The position numbers were made by a program, and so were the translations under genes. Under the pieces are notes generated by a model. That model ran no database searches, was not told the DNA's origin, and saw nothing but the letters and a program-made list of their open reading frames with translations. 64,000 bases of DNA from Histomonas meleagridis 2922-C6/04-290x. Lineage: Eukaryota; Protista; Parabasalia. Of this stretch, positions 45,912 through 57,645 are shown piece by piece (the stretch's first letter is position 1; each line of letters opens with the position of its first letter). The stretch is taken from NCBI GenBank assembly GCA_020184695.1, contig JAANOX010000248.1, forward strand, positions 186,001-250,000, read 5' to 3'.

Positions 45912-48464
45912 ATGGAGGAGTATATTCCTTCATTTGAAGATTTCTTAGTGTTTTTGATGCAAATAAATAGTGAAAATGAAGAAGAAAGGAAAAATTCATT
46001 TGAAGTTCTTCATAAATTGTTCACTACCAAAATAATAGTTTTAATGGATCTATGTGCAAGTGCTCTAGAATTTCCACAAGGAAACGAAAGAATTTACATG
46101 CAAGCACTCATTTTGATTCGTCGTGCAATTTCAGAACAACCAAATTTACCATTTAAAGTCATTCAACAAAATTGGAATTCAAGTGATATGGAATCAATTA
46201 GATGCAGAATCGAGAATTCGACTATCCTTCATCTTTCTGCTCCATGGCCTGCAGTCAAAAATATGTCTGCCTTTGTTATTGCTTTAGTATTTAAATTAGA
46301 GGAGAATTTTAATTTATTTCCAATTTTACTCAGATGCTTAAGCACGAATGCTTACATAAAGTCATGGACCGGTGTAATTAAGGTTTTTACCGAAATTTTT
46401 GACATGAAGCTAAAATTTGTTGTTGATAGATGGGATCCAAAAATCACCCAAGTCCTTATGCCTTTTTTACTAAGAAATCTTGAAGCTCCAGATCTTCATA
46501 TAGAAAATTATGTTGTTTGTGGTCAATGTCTTCTTTCATTCATTAAATGTATGCCAAAAGTTTTTGATTCCAATGACAGGGTAATGCAAGTTCTTCATTC
46601 CCTTAACATTTGTTTTCCCAGGGCAAATCTTGAATTATATCGAATCTTTCATTTTATAATGTATCAATTTCTTTGTGAATTTTATAGCCATGCCAGTATG
46701 TTCATGCAGTACGTATTTGAAACTGTAATGAAAGGCTTTAGCAGTATCTATAAATATGTTTCCATCAACTTTTGGCATCGCTTTGCACTTTTTGAGTTTG
46801 ACTTAAAAAAAAAGTGCAACAATGTTAACGGTCAATCCGACAATGAACAACAAGTTTATCCTAATAACTTTATGTTTGAAGCAACCAAAGGTCTTATCAA
46901 TCCATTGTTGGATACTCTTGTTGCTAATAGTGAAAGTGTTATCGACGATAAAGATTTTGAAAATTCCGTCTATTATTATGCTTATGAAGTAATATGTGAT
47001 CTATTTCGTGCCAATCCAGAACTTACTTTCCGATGCGTTGTTAATTTTGTAATGAATCAAAAGGATATACCAATTTCTGGCGAAATCTCTGCACTTTATG
47101 GGATATCAGCTTTATGTTATCCAATTTCTAATAACGAATTAAATGATTTCATTACGCAATCTATTTCTTCATACATATTAATAAAATGTTCAAATGCTAA
47201 TCCACGCATTAGTCAAATAGCATTTTATACATTAAAACGAATCTCATCATCACATCCAATCATTATTTCTAATCCGAATATTTTACCGCAAATATTTGCG
47301 ACCATTGCTGAAAACATGTCACGAAACATTATCGTTACGATCGAAATCATTGATTTATTAATTACAATTATCGAAAGTTTTACTAATGAAATTAACGAAG
47401 GCAATTATGATAACTATATAAAACTATTTGAAATGATGAACAATAGTGAACTAATTCAACAAAGTGAAATAGTTGATAAACCATATGATATTTTAACACA
47501 TTTAATCAATAAAAATGGAATACATATCACAGAAGTAAAACTTAAGCAATTACTTGAACTTAATTTACAACAATTATATGAAATATTACAAAATCCTTTT
47601 ACTATATCATATGTGACATTAAAAGAAATAGGAATAATGAAATTACTTGGAGACATAATATTAAAATTAAAAAAAGGAATACATTATATATTACCAAGGT
47701 TATATGAGTTATTTGTTAATATAATACGTAACCAAAAATTCGAATTAATCGAAAACGCACTTCAAAATCTTTCACGTATGTTCTATTCTGATCAAGATTT
47801 TTTTGACTTTCGAGAAGAAATATTCGACGCATTTAAAATGACAATTCATTGTGGTAACCCATTAATTATGGGATTATCAGCTATAGCTATTGGTGACTTT
47901 TTCTTTCAAATTAATGCGCCAATTAATTTTGATATTCTTAATCAACCACTTGAACAACTGTATAACTTATTGGAAGATCCAAACGTCGACAACAAAAGAG
48001 ATTATTATGCAAATGTTGTACGATCGATTGGGTTAATATTACGAAAACATTATAATGTTATCCCTGAAGAATTAAAAATTCGTTACTTGAATAAGTTAAT
48101 GGAATTAACTAAAATATATACTATGGATAATAGAACTGATGAGGTAAAGAATTTGTTCAGCGCAATTGCTGTTGGATTTACTTCATTGTTCATGGCAAAT
48201 GATATAATAAAAAGAGATGATAATGAGTTCATAAGATGCTTCATCGTGTTCATTAAAAAAATTTGGTATTCGGAGGCGTACGATGAAGAAAATATATCCG
48301 AAATATATAAAATGGTTGACGCGCTAATAGATGCAACTAACAGTAAATATAATATCCAGTTGCAATCTAAGGAATTGAGATATTTAATGAGTCATGGATT
48401 GACACTTAGCGACCCGATAGTGGAACAAAGCGAAAAATTACTGAAAAAAATTCAAAGGTTGTGA
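45912..48464 (+). CDS. Importin-beta/karyopherin-like HEAT-repeat protein
   Basis: IBN_N-like start (..QALILIRRAI..IQQNW..IR..IE..IL..L.A), HEAT-like repeats over 850 aa. Confidence 0.65.
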   Translation: MEEYIPSFEDFLVFLMQINSENEEERKNSFEVLHKLFTTKIIVLMDLCASALEFPQGNERIYMQALILIRRAISEQPNLPFKVIQQNWNSSDMESIRCRIENSTILHLSAPWPAVKNMSAFVIALVFKLEENFNLFPILLRCLSTNAYIKSWTGVIKVFTEIFDMKLKFVVDRWDPKITQVLMPFLLRNLEAPDLHIENYVVCGQCLLSFIKCMPKVFDSNDRVMQVLHSLNICFPRANLELYRIFHFIMYQFLCEFYSHASMFMQYVFETVMKGFSSIYKYVSINFWHRFALFEFDLKKKCNNVNGQSDNEQQVYPNNFMFEATKGLINPLLDTLVANSESVIDDKDFENSVYYYAYEVICDLFRANPELTFRCVVNFVMNQKDIPISGEISALYGISALCYPISNNELNDFITQSISSYILIKCSNANPRISQIAFYTLKRISSSHPIIISNPNILPQIFATIAENMSRNIIVTIEIIDLLITIIESFTNEINEGNYDNYIKLFEMMNNSELIQQSEIVDKPYDILTHLINKNGIHITEVKLKQLLELNLQQLYEILQNPFTISYVTLKEIGIMKLLGDIILKLKKGIHYILPRLYELFVNIIRNQKFELIENALQNLSRMFYSDQDFFDFREEIFDAFKMTIHCGNPLIMGLSAIAIGDFFFQINAPINFDILNQPLEQLYNLLEDPNVDNKRDYYANVVRSIGLILRKHYNVIPEELKIRYLNKLMELTKIYTMDNRTDEVKNLFSAIAVGFTSLFMANDIIKRDDNEFIRCFIVFIKKIWYSEAYDEENISEIYKMVDALIDATNSKYNIQLQSKELRYLMSHGLTLSDPIVEQSEKLLKKIQRL

Positions 48465-48645
48465 TATAAATAAAATATACTGAAAGATGTTGTTTTAATT
48501 ATTTGCTTTTCACTTTAAGTTGATATTATGATTGCAGATATTTTAAATGGGCAAAACATTGTTAATATATACAGAAATTTTAGTTATATCTGTGTATAGA
48601 AAAAAAAATATCAAAAAAATTTACAATGATGTCGTTTTAATTATA

Positions 48646-49960
48646 TAGGGTGTTCAAAAAGTCCTGACCCCCCCTCCTATTATGGGCTGTGATTAGTTTA
48701 TAAATAAAATATTCATATAATATTAAAATATAGTTAATGAAGATCTTATATATGTGAAATATGTGATTTTTGATTAATTGCATATCGAGAAAAATTTAAT
48801 TTAAATTTTGGTGACGCAAAAAATTTGAGAAGAACCGTCACTTTTTTTCATGGATGCCGTCGAACAAAGATTCATTATTAAATTTCTCTTCCTCTCAGGA
48901 AAAAAAATACAAAGCCATATACAGAGAAATGTACACTGTCTTGGAAAATAATACAGTTCATATAAGTACAGTCAAAAGGTGGTGTAGAAAATTCAAAAAA
49001 ATGGTGACTTTTCATGCCTTGATGAGGAACGTACAGGGGAGACCCCCATCTGATCTTGTTCATCCAATTTCAAAAATTCTTCAAAAAGCAACCATTTATT
49101 TCAGCCCGCTTAATTGCAAAGCAATTATCAGTGACTCCAAATACTGTATTAAAAGTTCTTTTATGAGGACATGGGGTTGAGGCGCTTCACTAGGAAATGG
49201 GTCCCCCATGATTTGACGGAAGAACAAAAAAATTGGAAAGAGTCGATATGTCAAAATCAATTTTAAAAAAATATTAGAAAAAAAGCGAAAAAGAAAAATT
49301 TCATTAATATAATGACTGGGGATGAGTCATGGTTTTATTTTAATTATCAAAGTTCTTATATGTATGCAGCATCACGAGATGAAGTGCCAACCCGTACCCA
49401 AAAGAAAATTGACAGTGAAAAAATCATGCTGACAATGTTCTTCAATGGAAATTCCCTATTATGCATTGATTTTTCTACCAAAAAGGCAAAAATATAATCA
49501 ACGCTATTTCATCGATAATATTATTGAAGAAATAATTAAAAATACAAATGAGGATGAGGATCAATTGGACTTAGATCAAATGATGATTCATATGGACAAT
49601 TGTAAAGTTCACAAAGGAAATTTAGTTCAACAAAAATTAAATCAAATAAAGCTTAAATCCATTCCGCACCCACCTTATTCTCCTGACATCAGCCCATGCG
49701 ACTTTTGGTTATTTGGTTATTTAAAAATATTTGGAAGATAAAGAGATAAAATCGAAACATCAATTAAAAACTCAAATTTTAACGGCATGGGAACACGTCA
49801 ATTTTGAATAGCTTCAAAGCGTGTTCTTGGAATGGATCAAAAGATTGAAGTGGATAATAGAAAACAATGGAGAATACTATATCACATAAATAAACAAGAA
49901 TATCTAAAATTGTTTATTCATTGAGATAGGAGGGGGGGTCATGACTTTTTGAACACCCTA
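48646..49960 (+). mobile_element. Mariner (Tc1/mariner, DD34D) DNA transposon, 1315 bp, transposase frameshifted
   Basis: 35-bp TIRs (48646-48680 and 49926-49960, one mismatch), TA at both flanks; motifs WVPHDL, TGDESW, HMDN, HPPYSPDISPCD with 34 residues between the 2nd and 3rd D; ORF broken into at least 4 pieces. Confidence 0.95.
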
Positions 49961-50299
49961 TATGATATTTTTTGCAATAAGTTGACATTATAGTTGTAGA
50001 TATTTTAAAATGGGCAAAACTTTGTTAATATATACAGCAATTTTAGTTATATGTGATATTGAGTTAGCATTGCAATTTAACGAGAAATCAAAGGAATAAT
50101 TTTATTGAACATAATTTAATCTTGTTTGTATATGGTAAAATAATTTTATATATTTTCTATTTAATATATGTAATATAACATTTGTTTAATCAATTATTTA
50201 GAAATGATTTGCTTAAAACAATTTTTTATCTAAAGTAAAAAGTTTATTTCAATCATAATAAGGTTAAATTTTATGGAAAAATGTCCAACATAAAACAAA

Positions 50300-50928
50300 A
50301 TGATGAATGACTTTGATATTTTATATAGTTTCCTTATATAATAACTCCAGAAATTCTTATTATAGGTGATTCATCAGTTGGTAAGAGTTGTCTTCTTATG
50401 CAATTTTCAGATGGCACGTTTTCTGAAAGTTATATTTCGACCATTGGCGTTGACTTTAAAATTAGATCGGCAACAGTAAATGGAAAACAAGTGAAACTTC
50501 AAATATGGGACACTGCTGGACAAGAAAGGTTTCATTCGATTACTTCTAATTATTATCATGGTGCACATGGAGTTGCAGTCGTATACGATATTACTAATCG
50601 TGAAAGTTTCGAACACACAAAAAAATGGGTTGATGAAGTTGAAAAAATAGGAAGCTTAAAAATATGCAAAGTAATCGTTGGGAATAAAGTAGATATCGGT
50701 GATAAAAGAGAGGTGTCTGAACAAGAAGGAAAAGATTTCGCAGAAACACTTGGCGTGCCATTTATTGAAACATCGGCAAAAACTTCATTTAATGTAAGAG
50801 AAATGTTTAATAATTTATGCATTGCAATTGATGATAGAAATGACTTGTTTAGGGAAATTAACCCTGATAAAAAGAAAGAACTTGGTGAAGGTAAGTCAAT
50901 ATGCAGATATCGCTTCTGTGGTTGCTAA
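50300..50928 (+). CDS. RAB1: Rab1-like GTPase with a predicted 23-nt intron (50328-50350)
   Basis: Splicing GTTTCCTTATATAATAACTCCAG gives MMNDFDILYKILIIGDSSVGKS; also TIGVDFK, WDTAGQERF, GNKVD, ETSAK; C-terminal CGC. Confidence 0.8.
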
Positions 50929-51760
50929 ATTTGATGCAAATAAGGACAAAAAATCAAATTTTATTTAATTGTATATGTGAAGACGACATTTTTGAGTTAA
51001 ATATTTTTAGAATAAAACTGGTTGTGTAAAAAAAAAAATTATTGTATTATGATTCAATTTGTTGAAAAATTTACGAACACATCAGAAGAATATGACTACA
51101 GATTCACTGAAACTATCTTGCATGCTTGCAATTCATAATTTTAACATTCTTTGGTTCGATCCATTGACTTTTGTGAAAACATTATTTATAAAAAAGTAAA
51201 ATCCATTTAAGACCAAAAATAATGGCCATGCATAAGTTTCAATTTGTATAGCATGAAAAAGATTTATTGAGCAATTTATTTCATTCTTTAACGTTTTGAA
51301 AACATTTTTTTAGGAATATTTAAGTGTAATACCTGACATAAATAAGTTTACTTAGTTTAATTAATTTACAATTTTTTCTATATTGTCGAAAAATGATAAA
51401 AATTAAATTCAATGCTTACTGTAAAAATAGAATTTTTTGCATCAAAACTGCAGCTGCTTGCTTACATTATTCTTAAATTTATTATTTGTTATGATTGTCA
51501 TGAAATGATGAAAATTAATATTTGAAGTCAACAACATTACGCTGAAAATTACAACTATATTCATGTCTAAGGGTATAAATTTTCCTACATAATGAATTAT
51601 TATATTATGACAAAATTTAAAAAAAACGAAAGACTTCACAAGGTCACATCAAATTGTCCAAAATTTCAATTCAATTTCTGAAGAATTCGGTTTAGACACA
51701 ATATAATTACCATCACGTGATAATGTCCTTTAATTCAAAGGAATTCATATCATCTAATTT

Positions 51761-51770
51761 TCACTTCATT
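51761..51770 (+). promoter_or_regulatory. Inr element of actin
   Basis: TCACTTCATT 11 nt upstream of ATG 51782. Confidence 0.65.
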
Positions 51771-51781
51771 TTTTATTTATC

Positions 51782-52912
51782 ATGGCTGAAGACGAAGTTC
51801 AAACATTAGTTATTGATAATGGTTCTGGTATGTGCAAGGCTGGTTTCGCTGGTGATGAAGCACCACGCTCAGTTTTCCCATCCATAGTTGGTCGTCCAAA
51901 GTATGTCCAAACAATCGCAGGAGGACAAAACAAGGATACATATGTTGGTGATGAAGCATGCGCTAAGGCAGGTATCCTTATCCTCAAGTACCCAATTGAA
52001 CACGGTATCGTTACCAACTGGGACGATATGGAAAAGATCTGGCACCACACATTCTACAACGAATTACGTGTTGATCCAGCTGAACATCCAGTTCTTCTTA
52101 CAGAAGCCCCAATGAACCCAAAGGCCAACCGTGAAAAGATGATCCAACTCCAATTCGAAACATTCAACGTTCCAGCATTCTATGTTGGTATCCAAGCCGT
52201 TCTTTCCCTTTACTCATCTGGTCGTACAACCGGTATCGTTTTCGATGCAGGTGATGGTGTTTCCCACACAGTTCCAATCTACGAAGGCTACTCCCTTCCA
52301 CACGCCATCATGCGTATCAACCTCGCCGGTCGTGATCTCACAACTTATCTTCAAAAGATCCTTAACGAACGTGGCTACACCTTCACAACATCCGCCGAAA
52401 AGGAAATTGTTCGTGATATCAAGGAGAAGCATGCATATGTTGCTCTTGATTTCGACGAAGAAATGAACAAGGCCGCCACAACATCCGAATGCGACATCTC
52501 ATACACACTTCCAGATGGCAACGTCATCACCATCGCCAACGAGCGCTTCAGGTGCCCAGAACTTCTTTTCAAGCCACACTTCAATGGCTTCGAATTCGAA
52601 GGTATTGACCAAACCCTCTTCAACTCCATCATGGCATGCGATATCGATGTCCGTAAGGATCTCTACGCTAACATTGTTCTTTCCGGTGGTACCACAATGT
52701 TCGAAGGTCTCCCAGAACGTATGGAGAAGGAAATGGTCCGCCTCGCACCACCAACAATGAAGATCAAAGTCGTCGCCCCACCAGAACGTAAGTACGCAGT
52801 TTGGATCGGTGGCTCCATCCTCGCATCACTCGCTACATTCCCACAAATGGTTATCACACGTGACGAATACAACGAAGCTGGTCCAGGAATTGTCCACCGC
52901 AAGTGCTTCTAA
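51782..52912 (+). CDS. ACT: Actin
   Basis: Full-length actin ([47 protein letters not shown]); strongly biased, highly-expressed codon usage. Confidence 0.99.
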   Translation: MAEDEVQTLVIDNGSGMCKAGFAGDEAPRSVFPSIVGRPKYVQTIAGGQNKDTYVGDEACAKAGILILKYPIEHGIVTNWDDMEKIWHHTFYNELRVDPAEHPVLLTEAPMNPKANREKMIQLQFETFNVPAFYVGIQAVLSLYSSGRTTGIVFDAGDGVSHTVPIYEGYSLPHAIMRINLAGRDLTTYLQKILNERGYTFTTSAEKEIVRDIKEKHAYVALDFDEEMNKAATTSECDISYTLPDGNVITIANERFRCPELLFKPHFNGFEFEGIDQTLFNSIMACDIDVRKDLYANIVLSGGTTMFEGLPERMEKEMVRLAPPTMKIKVVAPPERKYAVWIGGSILASLATFPQMVITRDEYNEAGPGIVHRKCF

Positions 52913-53141
52913 ACAATCGCACCTTATTTTTTGTTTGAATACTCGATACCGTGTGATTTAATGAAACAGAATCTCAATTTTTTTTAATTATTTTATCAAA
53001 CAAAATCATGAAAACTTAATATTATGCAAAATAATGCACTATATATTCAAATATTTAAAAAATCTTCTTTATACTAAATTTATCATATCGTTTGGCCACC
53101 CCGAATTTAACGTTTTCTTGACGAATTCAAAAAATAAAAGT

Positions 53142-55820
53142 ATGCAGAAAAAATCAAATAGGGAATGCTATAAAAAAACATCATATCAATTCATGGAGCA
53201 ACTTGAAAATATTATATTTTCTTTAAGTGATGAAAATATCGGAGCAGCAATTCAATCAACATTAAATTTATATGATGTCCGTTTTTCATTTTCATATAAT
53301 CTTATTGTATCCCAATTAGTTTATTCTTCCTTTGTTTCTTTTGTAAATAATGAAAGTAGATGTTTTTTATATTTAATAGGAATTAATGAAAAAGAAAAAG
53401 AAAAGAAAAAAATTATAAATATATTTTATTGGTATCTTCTCCGATTGCAATCACAAGAATCAAAGTTTCTGCTTGAAAAAATGCTAGAACAGAATATGAT
53501 AGATGAAATCGAAAAGAAAAATGATAATTCTTTTTCTCATCAAAATTTATCTGATCAAACCAATAAAAGTAAAAACACTCAAAAATCTTCAAAAGATGAA
53601 TCAGAACTAAATAAAAAACAAACGCATGAAGGAGTTAATCAGTCTATTGTCGCTAAAGCAATTCGAAATGATGAAATAGAAAAACTTCAAGAAATTTCAA
53701 CAGAAACAAATTTCAATTTTAACCAAATAATTGAGCCATCACATTACGAAAAATGCACATATGTAAATAAAGAAAATGTTTCATTAATTGATTATGCAGC
53801 ATTTTTTGGGTCAATCAAATGTTTTAAATATTTATTATTAAATAATTCCAATATAGCAAATGCAGGTAAATATGCAATTGCAGGTGGAAATTCTGAAATT
53901 ATTCATTTATGCGAACAAAATCATTCATCATTTGAAGATGCTTATGAGATAGCAATTGAATTTCATCGGAATGATATCTTTCATTATTTGTATGAAAATA
54001 ACATTATCGAAATCAAAGATAAGATAAAACTTGGGAAAAAATGTATTAAATATAATAACTATGAACTTTTTTCATTTCTGGAAAAAGAAGGAATGAAAAT
54101 CAATGATTCCTTAATTAATGAAGCAGCAAGAAATGGTAATATATTCCTTACATTATGTTTTCTTGAGGAAAATAAATTACCTGATAATATTCTCGTTTCT
54201 TCTGCTGAATCAGGAAACATTGAACTTTTTAAATATATTCTTGAACAAGAAGGAATTGATATAAATGTTAAAAATGTTTTTTTAATGAATATAAATTTTA
54301 TTTCTTTAATTTCATGTTAATTAATCATATATGGATTTTATATTGTTTTTTTAGAACTGCACTTATGATGGCATCTGAAAAAAATGATACTGAAATTGTG
54401 AAATTATTGCTAGAATTAAAAGGAATAGATGTCAATGCTAAAGATGTTTTCTGGTTTGATTAAATTTTTGTTTTATATATTTGAAATTTCAATACAATAT
54501 TTGGAATTTAAATATATCTGATGAAACAGCACTTATTATTGCTTCTTCAAAAGGGAATATTGAGACAATCAAATTACTTCTTCAACATAAGAAAACTGAT
54601 ATTAATTTGAAGAATATTTTTTTGTTAATTATAAAGTTTATCATTAAAATAAGAAATTTCAAATGTATAAATGGTGTTTTACTAATTAATTCACAACACC
54701 GCTTATGTTGTCATGCATCTCAGGAGCAAATGATATTGTTCGATTACTTCTTGATCAAAAAGGAATTGATGTTAACTTAAAAAACATTTTTTTATTTCAA
54801 TTAAAGTTTATTTTACTGAAATAATGTTAAATATTAATTTTCGGTGTTTATTTTTACTATTTTGGACAAGTATAATGCTTGCATGTCGATATAACCATAT
54901 TGAAATTGTAAAAATGTTAGTTCTTAAAAAAGGTATAGATGTTAATTTGAAAAACATTTTTTAATATAATTTTTTGTTTATTCAAAATATTTAATGTTAA
55001 CAAAATACATTTAATATTTATTTCATTTTCTTTGGACAGCATTAATGTATGCATGTAATAACTCAAATCCTGATATGATAAAATTACTACTCGAAAAGAA
55101 AGGAATAGACCTCAGTACAAAAAATATTTATTTAATTAAATTAATATTTACAAATGATTTTTGGTGTATATAACCAAAATTTGGAATTTTTTCAACAAAT
55201 TTTCAATGGCACTAATGTGGGCATGTTCAAATGATCAACTTGAAATTGTTCAACTTTTAATTGAACGAAAAGTTAGTGTTAATGTTAAAGATATTTATTT
55301 ATATTTATTTAATGTTTCATTATATTTTTTTATGTTTCAAAATTATATTTGGTGTATTTTTATATTATTTAAAACAGCTTTAATGTATGCATGTACAAAA
55401 GAAAATATTCCAATTATAAAATTACTTTTAAGTCAAAAAGGTATTGATATTAATGCAACTGATGTTTTTTAATGAGATTTAATGTTTTAAAATGATTCTT
55501 AATGTTCTTTTCGTTGATTAACTGCTTAAATTTAATTTTTGGTATTTGTTGAATTGTTTTTGGACAGCTTTAATATATGCTTGTTCAATAGGTAACACTC
55601 AAGTGGTAGAATTACTTCTTGAACAAAAAGGAATTGATACAAATATAAGAGGAATATATTTAAATTATTTAATGTTATTTTTATGTTTCTGATGTTTGAA
55701 AATATAATTTGGAATATTATAAAAGTTATTCGTACAGCTTTAATGTGGGCAAGCAAATTTGGTTACGAAGATATTGTTAATTTAATACTAGAAAAAGAAA
55801 AAATTGTAAATCAGACATAA
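53142..55820 (+). CDS. Segmented DUF3447/ankyrin gene (locus E): ORF to 54320 plus 9 spacer-separated ankyrin units
   Basis: DUF3447 motifs. Units RTALMMAS, ETALIIAS, TTPLMLSC, WTSIMLAC, WTALMYAC, SMALMWAC, KTALMYAC, WTALIYAC, RTALMWAS..NQT* (stop 55818-55820). Confidence 0.8.
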
Positions 55821-55949
55821 ATTATATAAAAATTTGTATTATATAAATATTATGTATTTAAAAAATTAAATTTTGTATATTTTATCTAATGTGCGCGATT
55901 AATAAATTTCATCATATATTTTTTGTGATGATGTCTTTAACCTTAAATA

Positions 55950-57645
55950 TTAAATGGAGATTTGGCATTTTACTAAAAGTAAAAATAATTTTGATTCATT
56001 TGTAATCAAACAATGAATATATATGAATAAAAAATTAACATTGTTACGAAAACGAACAATAAAAATTATAAGAATTATTATAAATACAATCGCAACAATT
56101 ATAACACAAACAATAATGATAACCATATTTGTTTGATTTTCATTATTATCATAAAAAATGTGAAATAATCCGAATAAAACAAAAAATATGTTGAATACTG
56201 AATAACTGTATAATGATAACATAAAAATCCAGTAAATAAATAAGTAAAAGAAGAAGATAACACCTTATTGAAACTATATATGTATTGGAAATAAATGAAA
56301 AGTAAATGATACAGAAAAGTTAATGAATATGAAAATGTTGTCTAAATTCATATGAATTCTCTAATACAAATGAATTCGATTTTGTAAATGCATTGGATGA
56401 AGTAAATGGAAATGATTTCATAAACGTATTTGAATTAATCAAAGCATTTGATTTAGAAAATGTATTAGAATTTGTAAAAGTATTTGATTTAGAGAATGTA
56501 TTAGATTTTGTAAAAGTATTTGATTTAGAGAATGTATTAGATTTTGTAAAAGTATTTGATTTAGAGAATGTATTAGAATTAGTAAAAGAATTTGATTTAG
56601 AGAATGTATTAGAATTAGTAAAAGAATTTGATTCAGGAAATGTATTTGATTTTGTAAAAATGTTCGATTTAGAAAATGTATTTGAATTCGTATATGCTGT
56701 AGAACATCCTGATACAGTTCCAAAGGTAATACTAAATATTTTAAATGCGTTACTTAGATATGTTTTTAACACCATAATTTCAATTTTATCTGTAACTATA
56801 TAAAAAGCAATATCACTAATTGTAGGTTCTGTTTCCCCATAAAAGTAAACACATTTAAGTTCATTGCACCAATTAAATGCGTAATCATTAATTATTTTTA
56901 CATTTTCTCCAATGCAAACAGTAGACAAAGAAATACAATATGAAAATAATCCATATGAAATAATTGATATTTTATTGGAAATTGTAAATGCTTTTAGATT
57001 AGTACAAAGACAAAATGTAAAATTACCAAAATCTATAATATTTTTACAATTAATAATTTCTTCTAAATTACCAGAAGAATAAAATGAAGATTCTCTAGTA
57101 GCAGTAACTGTTGATGGAATTTCATATGTTATACTTTCTTTACATGCTGGATAAAAGTAGATGGTTTGAATAGTTTTATCATAAAGAACTCCATCATCAT
57201 TCAAATTACAAAAATATGGATTATTCTCAGATATCTTAAAAAACTTAATTTTCTCACATAGTATAATAACACATTCACCAAATGAAATTACTGAATCAGG
57301 AAATGTTATGTTCTGCAAGAAATTACTATTTTGAAATGAACGATCTCCAAATATTTGAACACTTTTTCCAATAACAATTGATTCTAAATTATAACAAGAT
57401 GAAAATGCATAAGATTCAATTGTCGTAACAGAATCACCAATGATAGCTGAAAGCAAAGAACTCCATTCCGAAAAAGTACTTGATGGAATTGTATCAACAT
57501 TTTCATCTATAATAACAGCTGTAGAGTATTGCGATATTTCATCAAATTCATTAGAATTAGTAATTGTAAGTGTATCATCAGAAAATGTTTCTCTTGAAGG
57601 TATACAAAACATAATAAATATTAAAGGAAGGAATTTATTTTTCAT
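55950..57645 (-). pseudogene. BspA-like LRR protein: ORF 56320-57645 intact through the stalk, TM region out of frame
   Basis: Signal peptide, TpLRRs, SNTF(S/T)K stalk; frame break near 56345 before the TTFSYSLT segment homologous to the other BspA; TM VIIIVCVIIVAIVFIIILIIFIV lies in ORF 55950-56222. Confidence 0.75.
56445..56690 (-). repeat. 18/36-bp tandem repeat encoding the SNTFSKSNTFTK stalk
   Basis: Repeated TTTGATTTAGAGAATGTATTAGATTTTGTAAAAGTA on the + strand. Confidence 0.9.

Noticed and set aside
54276-54352. Canonical GT-AG or AT-AC splicing of ankyrin spacers (e.g. GTTTTT..TTTAG, or GTTAAT..ACAG)
   Set aside because: Every such pair I tried joins out of frame, most spacers start with AT and have no usable AG, and the trichomonad branch motif is absent.
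1350-55820. Stop-codon reassignment (TAA/TAG as sense) explaining the ankyrin spacers and the Hsp70 TAA at a conserved Gln
   Set aside because: Spacers also shift frame and use TGA; conserved genes (actin, RPS30, Rab1) end at TAA and none has internal TAA/TAG.
56393-56803. Antisense repetitive ORFs in BspA
   Set aside because: Artefact of the 18/36-bp stalk repeat.
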